A DNA stretch of 64,000 nucleotides from Octopus vulgaris (lineage: Eukaryota). Shown here one piece after another: positions 1 through 13,400 of the stretch. The stretch covers positions 80,290,001 through 80,354,000 of the forward strand of contig OX597817.1 of assembly GCA_951406725.2 (NCBI GenBank). Reading direction: 5' to 3'. The notes beneath the pieces are model-generated. The model saw nothing but the letters and a program-made list of their open reading frames with translations. It had not been told where the DNA came from and searched no databases. The translations under genes were made by a program, and so were the position numbers. Every line of letters starts with the position of its first letter. Position 1 is the first letter of the stretch.

Positions 1-56
1 AAACAACGGACACGTAAAAAATAAAAATCATTAAACAACAACAACGACGAACAATG

Positions 57-271
57 ATCCTTTCTACAATAGGCATAAGATCTGAAATGTTGAATAGTGG
101 GCTGAAATGTTGGATAGGCCCCAGTACTCAGCTGGTACTTATCTCATCAACTCCGAAAGGACGAAAGGCAAAGTCGGTGTTGGTGGAATTTGAACCCAGA
201 AGACAAAGCCAGAAGAAAAAATCACTATGCATTTTGTCTGCGGTGCTAACAATTCCATCACCTCACCGCCG
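57..271 (-). mobile_element. tRNA-derived SINE, family A (head GGCGGCGAGCTGGCAGAA..., core GCCTTTCATCCTTTCGGGGTCGATAAA-TAAGTACCAG)
   Basis: Reverse-complement similarity to the other copies in this window (5979, 10803, 20298); A-box- and B-box-like motifs (TGGCAGAA, GAGTTCAAATTCC). Its 5' part plus (AAT)n is locally duplicated at about 339-480. Confidence 0.75.
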
Positions 272-282
272 TAATAATAATG

Positions 283-341
<59 letters not shown>

Positions 342-416
342 GCCAGGAGAAAAAATCACTATGCATTTTGTCTGCGGTGCTAACAATTCCGTCACCTCAC
401 CGCCGTAATAATAATG

Positions 417-480
<64 letters not shown>

Positions 481-482
<2 letters not shown>

Positions 483-988
483 TTTTGTCTTGGTATAAAA
501 GATGGGCTGTTTTGTCTTGGTATAAAAGATGGGCTACAGCAAATATTCTGCTCAATACCACAGATTTGCTTGTCAGTTGTTTGACCTTAACCAGTTGAGC
601 ATGTCCCTTAGTGGCTGACGATATGTGCATCTCTGATCACGAGCAGAAGTAGTGGGGGAGCATCATAGCCATGTGTTGAGAGGGATTCTTTGGGGTTTGA
701 ATGATTCACCTCTGGAAACATGGGTGGTTCTTTCAACATCCTTAAACAACCCTTATTCAGGGACCGTTTGAGCGGGATGGGCTACTCAACCTGAAGAAAA
801 TTCTAACTGGGCCCCACCTGCAAGGTCATGTGCTGTTTATCTTGATATGAGATCACCATGTCGCGCACATATGGTTGTGATGCATGTGCCTGGTGTACCT
901 TTATCAGACGGGTAGTCATGATGGGTATATTGGGTTTCGTATATTTTACCCCAGTGTCACTTTGATGGCATGAACTGCTCTCTCACTC
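481..988 (+). mobile_element. ~600-bp non-coding (TAA)n-embedded retroelement, copy 1 (5'-truncated, first 27 bp duplicated)
   Basis: Near-identical to 1107-1704 and 2741-3287; flanked by (AAT)n on both sides; ends CTCTCACTC-(AAT)n. Confidence 0.85.
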
Positions 989-1016
989 AATAATAATAAT
1001 AATAATAATAATAATG

Positions 1017-1106
<90 letters not shown>

Positions 1107-1109
<3 letters not shown>

Positions 1110-1704
1110 GCCCTGATGCAGTTACCAATGCCCTGATGCAGTTATAAATGCCCTGATGCAGTTACCAGGCAGTGGCGCTCGCGGCTTCTGATCTTAACTG
1201 ATTGGAAGTGTCATCATGTACATTGTTTTGTCTTGGTATAAAAGATGGGCTACAGCAAATATTCTGCTCAATATCACAGATTTGCTTGTCAATTGTTTGA
1301 CCATAACCAGTTGAGCATGTCCCTTAGTGGCTGACGATATGTGCATCTCTGATCACGAGCAGAAGTAGTGGGGGAGCATCATAGCCATGTGTTGAGAGGG
1401 ATTCTTTGGGGCTTGAATAATTCACCTCTGGAAACATGGGTGCTTTGTTCAACATCCTTAAATAACCCTTATTCAGGGACCTTTTGAGCGGGATGGGTTA
1501 CTTGACCAGAAGAAAATTCTAACTGGTCCCCACCTGCAAGGTCAGGTGCTGTTTATCTTGATATGAGATCACCATGTCGCGCACATATGGTTGTGATGCA
1601 TGTGCCTGGTGTACCCTTATCAGACGGGTAGTCATGATGGGTATATTGGGCTTCGTATATTTTACCCCAGTGTCACTTTGATGGCATGCACTGCTCTCTC
1701 ACTC
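1107..1704 (+). mobile_element. ~600-bp non-coding (TAA)n-embedded retroelement, copy 2 (apparently full length)
   Basis: Starts AATGCCCTGATGCAGTTA (present three times in tandem), ends CTCTCACTC-(AAT)n. Confidence 0.85.
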
Positions 1705-1719
1705 AATAATAATAATAAT

Positions 1720-1932
1720 CGTTTCTACAAAATGCATAATGCCTGAAATTTTAAGGACGGGTGATAGACAATTACATGTAATCAAGTGTTCAACTTGCAC
1801 TTATTTTGTCGACCCCGTGAGGATGAAAGGCAAAAACCAACGTCGGCAGCATTTGTACTTGCATAATGAAGCTGGACGAAATGCTACTAAGCAATTTGTC
1901 CGACGTGCTAATGGTTCCACCAGCTCGGCGCC
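1720..1932 (-). mobile_element. SINE family A
   Basis: Similarity to the family A copies in the window. Confidence 0.7.
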
Positions 1933-1933
1933 T

Positions 1934-2085
1934 TAATGATAATAATAATAATAATAATAATAGTAATAGCAATAGTAATAATAACAATAATGATAATAAT
2001 AGTAATAATAATAACAATAGTAATAATAATAATAATGATAATAATAATAATAATAATAATAGTAATAATAATAATAATAATAGTA

Positions 2086-2151
<66 letters not shown>

Positions 2152-2186
2152 TAATAATAGTAATAATAATAATAATAATAATAATG

Positions 2187-2231
<45 letters not shown>

Positions 2232-2255
2232 GTAATAATAATAATAATAATAGTA

Positions 2256-2294
<39 letters not shown>

Positions 2295-2300
2295 GTAATA

Positions 2301-2332
<32 letters not shown>

Positions 2333-2357
2333 GATGATAATAATAATAATAATAACA

Positions 2358-2401
<44 letters not shown>

Positions 2402-2429
2402 TATTATTATTATTATTATTATTATCATA

Positions 2430-2466
<37 letters not shown>

Positions 2467-2498
2467 TAATAGTAATAATAATAATGATGATGATGATG
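1934..2498. repeat. Compound (AAT)n/(AGT)n/(GAT)n microsatellite with a short (ATT)n inversion near 2400
   Basis: Read directly from the sequence. Confidence 0.95.
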
Positions 2499-2629
2499 AT
2501 GTCACGCACATATGGTTGTGATGCATGTGCCTGGTGTACCCTTATCAGACGGGTAGTCATGATGGGTATATTGGGCTTCGTATATTTTACCCCAGTGTCA
2601 CTTTGATGGCATGAAATGCTCTCTCACTC
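2499..2629 (+). mobile_element. (TAA)n-embedded element, copy 3 (3' 130 bp only)
   Basis: Matches the 3' end of copies 1 and 2; followed by (AAT)n. Confidence 0.85.
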
Positions 2630-2719
<90 letters not shown>

Positions 2720-2740
2720 AATAATAATAATAATAATAAT

Positions 2741-3287
2741 AAATGCCCTGATGCGGTACCAGACAGTGGCTCTCATGGCTGCTGATCTTAACTGATTGGA
2801 AGTGTTATCATATACATTGTTTTGTCTTGGTATAAAAGATGGGCCACGGCAAATATTCTGCTCAATACCACAGACTTGCTCGTCAGTTGTTTGACCATAA
2901 CCAGTTGAGCATGTCCCTTAGTGGCTGATGATATGTACATCCCTGATCACGAGCAGAATTAGAGAGGAAGCATCATAGCCATGTGTTGAGAGGAATTCTT
3001 AGAGGTTTGGATAATTCACCTTTGGAAACATGGTTGTTTCGCTCAACATCCCTAAACAATCCTTATTCAAGGACCTTTTGAGCAGGATGGGCTACTCGAC
3101 CTGAAGAAAATTCTAACTGGGCCCCACCTGCAAGGTCATGTGCTGTTTATCTTGATATGAGATCACCATGTCGTGCACATCTGGTTGTGATGCATGTGCC
3201 TGGTGTACCCTTATCAGATGTGTAGTCATGATGGGTATACTGGGCTTCGTATATTTTACCCCAGTGTCACTTTGATGGCATGCACTG
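2741..3287 (+). mobile_element. (TAA)n-embedded element, copy 4 (more diverged, last ~13 bp lost)
   Basis: Colinear with copy 2. Confidence 0.85.
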
Positions 3288-3509
3288 GAACAAGAGGAAG
3301 AAGAAGAAGAAGAAGAAGAAGAAGAAGAAGAAGAGGATGAGGAAGAAGAAGAAGAAGAAGTGGAAGTAGAAGAAAGAGAAGAAGATGGAGAACTGGAGGA
3401 AGAAGAAGAAAAAGAAGAAGAAGAAGAAGAAGAAGAAGAAGAAGAAGAAGAAGAAGAAGAAGAAGAAGAAGAAGAAGAAGAAGAAGAAGAAGAAGAAGAA
3501 GAAGAAGAA
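3288..3509. repeat. (GAA)n purine tract
   Basis: Read directly from the sequence. Confidence 0.95.
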
Positions 3510-3680
3510 TCCTTTCTACAATAGGCACGAGGCCAGAAATTTGGTGGCAGGGGACAAGTAGATGACGTCGAATCCAGTATTCCACTGGTACTTATCTCAA
3601 CGATCCCGAAAGGTGGAATTTGAACTCAGAACATAAGGACGGAAGAAATGCCCTGAAGCATTTTGTTCGACTTGATATGT
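3510..3680 (-). mobile_element. SINE family A, partial
   Basis: Contains GGTACTTAT...CCCGAAAGG...GAATTTGAACTCAGAAC. Confidence 0.7.
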
Positions 3681-4323
3681 GCTTTCCATGAGCTGTTTTT
3701 TTCTTGTTTTTATGGTTTGTACCATTTGTAATGAATACATTTCTGTGACTAAGAGTCAATCTGTTGATGTCAGTAGATATATAGATATATGCAAAAATAA
3801 AGCAAAAAAAATAATAAATAAGAAGAAGCGGTTGAGGATTAACTGTACACAGCTTCCACAATCTGATATCACTTAAGGAATAAACAGTTATTTAACCTAA
3901 GGATATTTTCATGAGTTGAGATATTGTTTGAATACCGTTCCATCAATGTCATACTTGAAATTCAGAGTAATTCTCTTATGTTTTGTTTGTTTGTTTCTTT
4001 TATTCTTTTGGGTATTTTCTGTGGGTTTTTTTTTTGTTCTTTTACTTTTGTCTACTAATTTTCGTATTACTATCTTTATATGTCTGATAAAATGCGTCCA
4101 AGAATAATTGTTCATACGCAGGACCGTCTATGCCTGTTTCTGTGGCTGCGTATATGCATTCATATATGTGTAAGTATGTGCGTGTGTGTATGTGTCTATA
4201 AATGCCAGTCTATATATATAAATATATGTATACACACACAGATACGCACACACATACACACACACACACACACACACCACATACATATATATATATGTAT
4301 GTATGTATATATCTATATCTATA

Positions 4324-4382
<59 letters not shown>

Positions 4383-4586
4383 ACATGTATGTATGTGTGT
4401 ATATATATATACATATATGTGATGTGTGTGTGCAGATGTGCTGGTGTGTATGAATGTATGTGTATAGTGTGTGTGTGTGTTGAGTGGGTATATCTGTATA
4501 TGTGTATGTGTTTGCGTATGTAAGTGTGTACGCTGCATGTGTTTTGATTACGAAGGTAGGAAGCAATTATATGCTGAGACAAAAAA

Positions 4587-4800
4587 GGTGGTGTGCTAGC
4601 AGAATCGTTAGTACGTCGGATGAAATTCTTAATAGCATTTCGCCCGTCTTTATGATTTGAGGTCGAATGCTGCTGGGGTCGTCTTTACTTTTCATCCTTT
4701 CGAGATCGATGACATAAGTACCAGTAGACTACTGGAATCGATGTAGTCGATTAACCATCACTCACAAAATTTCAGCCCTTGTGCGTATTGAAGGATTATT
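4587..4800 (+). mobile_element. SINE family A
   Basis: Head, TTTTCATCCTTTCGAGATCGAT...AGTACCAG core, and tail. Confidence 0.7.
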
Positions 4801-4959
4801 TGTCGGGACCAAAGCATGCAAGGTTTGTAGTTTCATGTAAATACTATTTGCACTATTGTATTGCTTTTTTTGCTTCTTCATGAAGTTCCAACGTAACACA
4901 TACGCCCCCCCCGTTTCAAAGTGCAGCGGTATTTTTCGCACTCTAATTTTTTTTAATTT

Positions 4960-5435
<476 letters not shown>

Positions 5436-5635
5436 TCTGAACATTATCTAAAAAAAATCAGGTCTGAAATGCATCTAAGACTTGAAGAATCGGCATCAGA
5501 CTTTAGTATACGTCGTGATCACAACAAAAATCGAAATAAAAAGAAATAAACTACAAATCACACTAATGACGAAACCACCTTGCATGACCACAACTTGAAA
5601 CAAGTAAAAAATATTCAATGAATATTAATCCAGAG

Positions 5636-5936
5636 CAGTGTTTCACAACCGAAGTTCATATGACCACTGAGGGTCCACATAAGATTTTGAGGAGTCCACA
5701 TTAGCAAAAGAATAATTAGTAGACACAGAGTAGCATTTTAAAGGATCATCAAAAATTTCTTTGTTTAACATTTTGCTTAGTTTAGCCCGCACAAGTTAAT
5801 GTGTAACTAACAAAATAGGAATTTGGAAAGAATTATCTATAAAGCTAGTTTTTAAATATCGAATGGCTATGGGTGTGCACCAGAAAGAAATAATAATCTA
5901 AGGGATCCATAGCTAAAACGTAGTTGAGAATCGATG
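5636..5936. mobile_element. hAT-type MITE
   Basis: Degenerate CAGTG(G/T)TT(C)(T/A)CAAC terminal inverted repeats; reverse complement of 44047-44360. Confidence 0.7.
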
Positions 5937-5978
5937 CCTCTAGTTTCTAGAGGCATTATTGATCTTTCATTTCATTCA

Positions 5979-6388
5979 AGGCGGCGAGCTGGCAGAAACG
6001 TTAGCATGCCGGGTGAAATGCTTTGCGGTATTTCGTCTGTCTTTACGTTCTGAGTTGAAATTCCACCGAGGTCGACTTTGCCGTTCATCCTTTCGGGGTT
6101 GATTAAATAAGTACCAGTTAAGCACTGGAGTCTATGTAATCGACTTAATCCCTTTGTCTGTCCTTGTTTGTCTCCTCTTTGTTTAACCCCTTGTGGGTAG
6201 TAAAGAAATAGGTATTTCGTCTGTCTTTACGTTCTGAGTTACAATTCCGTCGAGGTCAACGTTGCCTTTCATCCTTTCGAGGTTGATAAATTAAATACCA
6301 ATTGCGTACTGGGGTCGATCTAATCGACTGCCCCCCCCCCCCCCCCACAAAATTTCGGGCTTTGTGCCTAGAGCAGAAAAGATTATTG
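5979..6388 (+). mobile_element. SINE family A, dimeric form
   Basis: Body repeated twice (5979-6210, 6211-6388) with two different tails; same layout at 20298-20725. Confidence 0.8.
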
Positions 6389-6855
6389 ATCTACATTCGA
6401 GATATTTTGATCTAGAAGCATTATTAAATCTTATTCAATGAATTATATAATCTACCATAATTATTGATAAAAATTCATTATTCATTATTCATAAATTATA
6501 ATCTAGAAACATAATTTTTGTTGAAGATTATTCATTATTTATAAATTTTAATCGAGAAATATTCTTGATTTATGTTCAAAAATCATTTTGCATAAAACCA
6601 TGCTCGTGAAATATAGCCTAAAACTGTTATTCACCAGTAAATGTTTTAAGCTAGGGATGACAAGCAGGAATTAAGAAATTCCAAATAATTTTTTTTTTTT
6701 CGTTTTTCAATCTGTCACTTCTCAGACCAATGTGACTGTGAAACGTGTAAAATTACAAACAGTTATGTGTTTTACATCTGCAGAAGAATGACGAATCTCA
6801 ACTTTTTTTCTTCATATTCATACCTGAGAAATATGGAAATATGACAATAAAATAT

Positions 6856-6901
<46 letters not shown>

Positions 6902-7578
6902 CATGAGTGTGTGTGCATGTGTATGTATGCGCATATATACATACATAAATATATATGTATGTATAAGTATATATATATATAATATTTATATATATGTATG
7001 CTTGTATGTATGTATGTATGTATATATACATAATGTGTATATATCGGTGTGTGTATGCATATTGTCTTACATGACAATCATAAACATTGCTGTATGTGTG
7101 TGTGTGCGTGTGTGTGTGTATGTGTGTGTGTATACACACTGTCTATATAAATTTGATGTGCCTAATAGTACTTAAACGCACACACAGAAGTACACACGCA
7201 AACACATACGCGTGCGCACGTACGCGCAAACACACACACACACCACACACACACACACACACTCACACTCACGTACACAGCTGCACACTTATAACATACA
7301 TTGTGTGTTTGTGTATATAAGACAAAAACAAATAACGAATAACCAACAATACAACAACAACAGAAAAGAAAACAGCAATAACAATAACAAAAACAAATTC
7401 AACTAAAACAACATGTGTCCCAGAGTACATGGTTTGGCTTCCAGCCAGGCCATTTGTTGCATTGTAAAATTTCATGTAAATTTGAAGGCAGCACATATAA
7501 TAACTCTGGAGAAATGGTAGCTTTTAAGGAATGTTGAAATATTGTCAGGTGGAAAGCCAGACAGACTTGACGTTTCTC

Positions 7579-7659
7579 TTGGTTAATTTTTTTCACTATA
7601 CTTATTTTCTTTGCCTACTTCTCCTCGTTGTTCTTGTTCTTGCTGTCATCATCACCATC

Positions 7660-7727
<68 letters not shown>

Positions 7728-7817
7728 TATCATTATTATTATTCATATCATTGTTCTTATCATTATGATCATCGTCATCATCATTATTATTATTTGTTGT
7801 GGTCGATGTAGTAGTAA

Positions 7818-7851
<34 letters not shown>

Positions 7852-7980
7852 TCCTTTTGGTTAATTTTTTTCACTATTCTTATTTTCTTTGCCTATTTCT
7901 TCTCGTTCTTCTTGTTCTTGTTGTCATCATCACCATCATCTTTATTATTATTATTTTATTATTATTATTATTATTATTAC

Positions 7981-8022
<42 letters not shown>

Positions 8023-8100
8023 TATCATTGTTATTATCATTATGATCATCGTCATCATCATTATTATTATTTGTTGTGGTCAATGTAATAGTAGTAGTAA

Positions 8101-8147
<47 letters not shown>

Positions 8148-8150
8148 ATG
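7579..8150. repeat. Tandem duplication, period ~278 bp, of a microsatellite-rich unit
   Basis: TTGGTTAATTTTTTTCACTA... starts at 7579 and again at 7857, with the same order of (ATT)n and (AGT)n blocks. Confidence 0.9.
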
Positions 8151-8693
8151 GTGGTTTTCTAAATTTCTGTTAACTTCAATTTTTTCTAATACATTTTTAG
8201 ATGTAGCAGGTTCTTCTTAATGGTAGTGGCCTTTTCTTCGTCGTTGTTGCTGCTGTTATTGTTTTTTCTTCTGTTTAACAGTCGTTATAATCGTTAGTGT
8301 TTTAGTATTATTATTATCATTATTATTTGCATAATCATCATCACCATTATAATCATTAATACTTATTCCTGATATATTTTTTTGTTGTTTTCTTATACAT
8401 TCCTTGTAGTTACTATTTGTTTAATATTTTTACCACTATTAGTCTGCCATATATATTATATATTGTTTTTGAAATTCGGTCTAGGCTAATGTTGTCGTTC
8501 TGACTGCGGCACACTGAAAAAAAAAATATCACCCTTACCCTACCATCTCTTCACCATTTTGTTGATCTGTTGGTGTTTTAGTTGTTGCTATCAACGCAAA
8601 GTAGATTGAGGAAATAGTTATAAAGTCTGCTTAAAAAGTTTTATCTAAGTATGCATATAAGTATATATGAATGTGTGCATATATATATACATA

Positions 8694-8797
<104 letters not shown>

Positions 8798-9699
8798 TAT
8801 ACATATATATATTGGATATATATATAGAATATATATAATATATATATTATATATGTATAGATTAATACATATGTACACGTATATACATATCTGTATATAA
8901 ATGTTTGTTTCTATGTGTGTATATATATTTATATACATACGTATATATAACATATATACATTACATATATTACGTATATGAATATATATATATGTGTGTG
9001 TGTGTATACATTATAAACATACATCCTACAAACATACATATATGTGCATAGGCATTTTTGGGTGCCAGTTGAAATGCATACATGTGATCATGCGATTAAG
9101 TTATAGCACTCATCGTCTCACATAAAATAAAAGAGATACACACACATACACATACACACGCGCACACATATACATGCGCACGCACTAGAAAAAAAAGATA
9201 AATTTACTAAGCTGTAACTGTCACAGTCAACATTGCCTAAGTTTACCGTCTCCACTGATATTTAGTTTTCTATGTTCAGAATAAAATAAAATTTAATGGC
9301 CGCAAAATATACCTGCCATGTGCACACTTATATGTATATACAGATACATACAAGCACACATGCGTATATGAGTGTATACTCGTGTATCTATGTAGACACA
9401 TACGAACAACGAACATATATATATATGCATACTTCCATGTGCACACGTGTGTAACTATATAAAATTATGTAAGTTGTTTTGTTGTATCAGTCCTTTCTAC
9501 CGTGCATACATGATTAGCGTATTGTCTATATTTTTGCACTTATTGGGGAATTTGTGGGTGAACTACCAATTTCCGCTAAATAGCATTCTATGTTTATTGA
9601 GCGCAACATTTTGTTTTTTCTCGTGTTTAGCAGCTTCTTCTTGTAGAATATCTTGTTTTCTTCAATGCTGTCTGATTGTGTTCTTCAATAAATATGGTT

Positions 9700-10070
9700 T
9701 TTATATTGCAAATATATAAGGTCTCTCCCATTGAAAATTGGAATACGCATGACATGTGTGCGAGTTTTGGGATCATGTTTAACAACGTCAATGATTTTGT
9801 GTTTTTCTTGTCTTCGAATTTTTCATTACCTCATACAATATTTCATTTTACAGCATGAAAGCTTTAGATTTTACCGAGACTTCTAAGGTGCTTATGTTTC
9901 ATTTTAATCTCGGTATTTGGGATACTTTTAGTCTGTCAACTATATTTGGTTCTTGCGTTCTGCATCTGTTAGCTTTGATTTTCAGTCTTTACCGACTAAA
10001 TTAGCCAGCTGTCTTTGAAAGCACTCTGACGCAATTGTCAAACCCAAACGCCATACGAATGTCACAATCT
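9700..10070 (-). pseudogene. Highly decayed R4/Dong-like reverse transcriptase fragment
   Basis: Minus-strand translation near 10030-10066 gives DIRMAFGFDNC, resembling the IEMSMGLDKC seen at 12.55 kb. Boundaries uncertain. Confidence 0.4.
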
Positions 10071-10159
10071 CATAACAATAACGTTTCACAATTTGGTAAG
10101 AATTTTTCAGATTTCTACGGTTTTATTATTATCACTACTAGTCCTCCAACTTCGAGTGG

Positions 10160-10636
10160 TGACACTATGAGGTTCCAAAAACTCCATAGTGCTTTCATGT
10201 AGCTAAAGCGAATTGAGGAATCGCCGGTACTACTGACTGGCAGTCATCTGCTAACTGGATTGGATGGCCTTTGGTTGACTGTTGACTGAAAAGGTACTTC
10301 CACGTACATTGCGTCGAGTAGTTTCAACGAATGAAGATCAATACGCCTAACTTCACATCTGCCATGCTGCTCACCACACCTTCACAGTGACCCAGGTTCG
10401 GAGATTTTTCGTCATTGAGATTAACTTCTCAAAATACAGATTATTGGATGTCCGTTGACTCTTACGAGACCCTCCGTCTTTTGACGGGTTTTGTTTTTCT
10501 TCGTGCGGGGTGTCTAAATCCTCCTCCTCCTCACCAAGCAAGCTTGGTGGGTTTGCCAGTTTAGTTACCGACAACCGACCATGTGACAGGTTGTACTGGG
10601 TGACACGTTACCAGTAGCACTCGAGAGTGGCCTGAT
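10160..10636 (-). mobile_element. Probable 5' UTR fragment of an RTE-like LINE
   Basis: GC-richer island (GGTGAGGAGG...CACCCCGCACGAAGAAAAACAAAACCCGTCAAAAG) that I recall as RTE-type 5' UTR; recalled similarity only. Confidence 0.45.
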
Positions 10637-10802
10637 TTAGAACCTAATATCATATTACCTATATCAAGAAAATCTATGATTGTGATTCGTCGACGATTGT
10701 GTACATTCCATGTATTAGTTGAAAGCTGCACTTAATGGAACGAGAGCCTAACAGAAGGCAATTAGTGAAAGCAAAATTCCTTGCAATATTTGCGCTCACA
10801 AA

Positions 10803-11012
10803 GGCGGCGTGCTCGCAGAGTCATTAGCACGCCGGGCAAAATGCTTAACGGAATTTCGTTCGTCTTCCCGTTCTGATTTCAAATTCCGCCGAGGACGAAT
10901 GTGCCTTTCATCCTTTCGGAGTCGATAAAATAAGTACCAGTTAAACACTGGCATCGATGTAAGCGACTCATCTCCTCCCGCAAAATTGCCCTTGTGGCAA
11001 AATTTGAAACTA
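10803..11012 (+). mobile_element. SINE family A
   Basis: Complete head, core and tail followed by (ATT)n. Confidence 0.8.
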
Positions 11013-11030
11013 TTATTATTATTATTATTA

Positions 11031-11340
11031 TATGAGAACTCACACCTTATTTTGCTGGGTATGATTGAACGTGTCAGCTGTCCGCAACCAGCAGACTGAG
11101 GTAACTCTAGTTTACTGGTCATACTTCAAGAACCCTGCGAAGAATGCTTGCAGTTCCAAGCAATGTTGCTTTTTTGTAGGTGTTTTACCTTCACACTTGC
11201 TCCTATCTTTTTCAGCCACGCTGTTAGTTGAGTGCTGATAATTCCAAGTACAGCAATTACTATTAGTATCATGTCTACTCTCTTCATTGGCCACAACCTT
11301 CGTATTTCAAATCGTCATAGTTATTTATTTTTTCTAGACT
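11031..11340 (-). mobile_element. R4/Dong LINE 3' end (RLE C-terminus plus 3' UTR) ending in (TAA)n
   Basis: Minus-strand translation LWPMKRVDMILIVIAVLGII...HLQK / LLGTASILRRVLEV* (frameshifted); the 3' end abuts (TAA)n at 11011-11030. Confidence 0.75.
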
Positions 11341-11344
11341 GAGG

Positions 11345-13270
11345 CAAATTTCTACTGCATCACCTGCTGCACCTCCAAGTTACTGAGGTGTGTGCAGCAT
11401 TGTGTGTTCTTTTCTGCTGATGGGTTTTGCGAACTCTTCCCGGTACTGTATTGTATTAACTTTTTTCCTTGAGGTGCGGTACTTTCTTTTGTTGTGTTAC
11501 TGCTTGTATTGTGTTGAGGGTTTAAAGCTTTGATTTTCTGGCTTGTTGAGGTGGGTATATTTCACTGAATAAATGCTGTATTGGGTGTTTCTTGTATTTG
11601 TGGATTGTTTTGTTTAGGTTGTATTACTAGATTGACTGTTTTGCGTAAGATGTGGGCTGTTCTTAGCAGGGCTATTTTTTGGATAGTGTGTAGTGTTGAG
11701 GATCCAGGTATACTTTCTACATTTTTGTTCATATGACTTTTTATCGTGCCAAATGTGTATTTTCATCTCCACGCCCCACATTTTGAATACTTCAGTTTCG
11801 AGGTCTTTGTACTTCGACAATTTCTCCACTTCTTTTTTTGGCAATATTTTGATTAGAAGGGACTTCAATGCCTCTCAGTAAGCAGGTGTTTTTTTCCCCA
11901 ATCCTTGACTATTATGACTGGGCGATTGGCTTTTTTTGTCGCTGACCATTTCTGCTATGTTATCATCTGAGGTCGGTGTTTCAGTGTAGTTTGCTTCTGT
12001 TTCGTATTTTTATCGCCTCCTTGTGTATAGAGAAAAGCGTTTTGTTTTTTCATGCTGCTTTATTACATGCGGTAGGCTTCCCCTCTTTGTTTCTAAGTAA
12101 TTCCCTAGTTCAACTGTTGTTATTTTATAGTAGTTTTCTTTCTGTATCAGGCCACGGTCTTCTTCTGAGCAGGATAGATATATTCTGTCTGCGTCTGCGT
12201 TGGGGTGGTGACTTCGGTACGCTGTTAGTACTTTTCTGAGTTTTCTATTTAGGTTTCTCATTTCACTGATCTTCTAGTTTATTATGTTAAAGCTGTAATT
12301 TATGACTGTTATGGCTAGCATGTATATCCCTATTATCTTATTTTTAGCATTAAGTTCAGTGTTTAATGTTAGTCTAACTCTCCTAATTTCCTCTTTCAAT
12401 TCTGTGTGTTGTATTTTAGCTGTTTCTTCTATTCCTAGATATCTGTCTAGGCGGTTGTGGTCTAATTCTCTAATTTCCCTGTCTTTGTCGGGTGCATTGT
12501 TTTCGGTACTGAATAATTTGCATCTTCTCAGTGTGAACCGGCACATTTGTCCAGCCCCATACTCATTTCGATGACATTACTGTAACTCTGAACAATTTTG
12601 ATAAGGATTCTCTGTCCCATGGTGCTTTTAGCATAAAGTTTTAGGTCATCCATGTACAGGAGATGGTTTATTTTTTGTTCGGAGCACATATAACCCATGG
12701 TGGTTTCGTTTAACAAGCTTGTTAGCGGGGTCAGGGAAAGGCATAAAAACAGGGGTGACAGTGAGTTTCCCTGAAAAACCCCTCTTCTTATGTGTGTAGG
12801 GTAAATTTTAATAACTTTTGAGTCGTTTTTAAATGTTATACTGGTTTTCCAATTTGCTATTGCGTGTTTGATATATTTTAGTAGTGACGGGGCTACCTTA
12901 TATATGTAGAGATATTCCAGTACCCATGAGTGTGGAACACAGTCAAATGCAAGTCATGTTCAAGCCAATCCACGTTCAGGTTTGTCTTTCTCCCCTTATA
13001 GTCCTCTATAATTGCTCGGTTTACCAGAAGTTGCTCCTTACAGCTATACATCCCCCTTCGGTACTCCTTTTGTTCTTCTGGTAAGACATTGTTGTTTTCC
13101 AGGTACTTTACAAGCCAGTTATAGTTGACTGGTGTTAGGGTTATATAGGATGTTGATAGGAATGTTATTGGTCTGTAATTTTGTGGGTGTACGGTGTCTT
13201 TGTTTTGGAGAATTGGGGTGGTTTTCTCTTCCAGCATCCAGATTGGCGTTGATTTTGGCTCACTTATCAA
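11345..13270 (-). pseudogene. R4/Dong-clade non-LTR retrotransposon, RT plus RLE, 5'-truncated and multiply disrupted
   Basis: ORF fragments NYRPITFL, LPEEQKEYRRG..SCKEQLL, INHLLYMDDLKLYAK, GLDKC, YLGIEE, ADADRIYL...RGL, EKLSKYKDLETEVFKMW. Confidence 0.9.
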
Positions 13271-13340
13271 GAAACATCGATGATGTGACGTATCGAAGTG
13301 TAAAGAGAAATCTAATGGTTTATACGTGCGTGATTGTTCC

Positions 13341-13400
<60 letters not shown>

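Noticed and set aside
610-810. CTGACGA and CTGAAGA in the (TAA)n-embedded element as hammerhead cores
   Set aside because: No stem II-GAAA-stem III-UH arrangement follows either motif.
1790-2606. Long poly-Ile/Leu/Asn ORFs, and the many YI/HT/CV-repeat ORFs throughout the window
   Set aside because: Stop-free frames of microsatellites.
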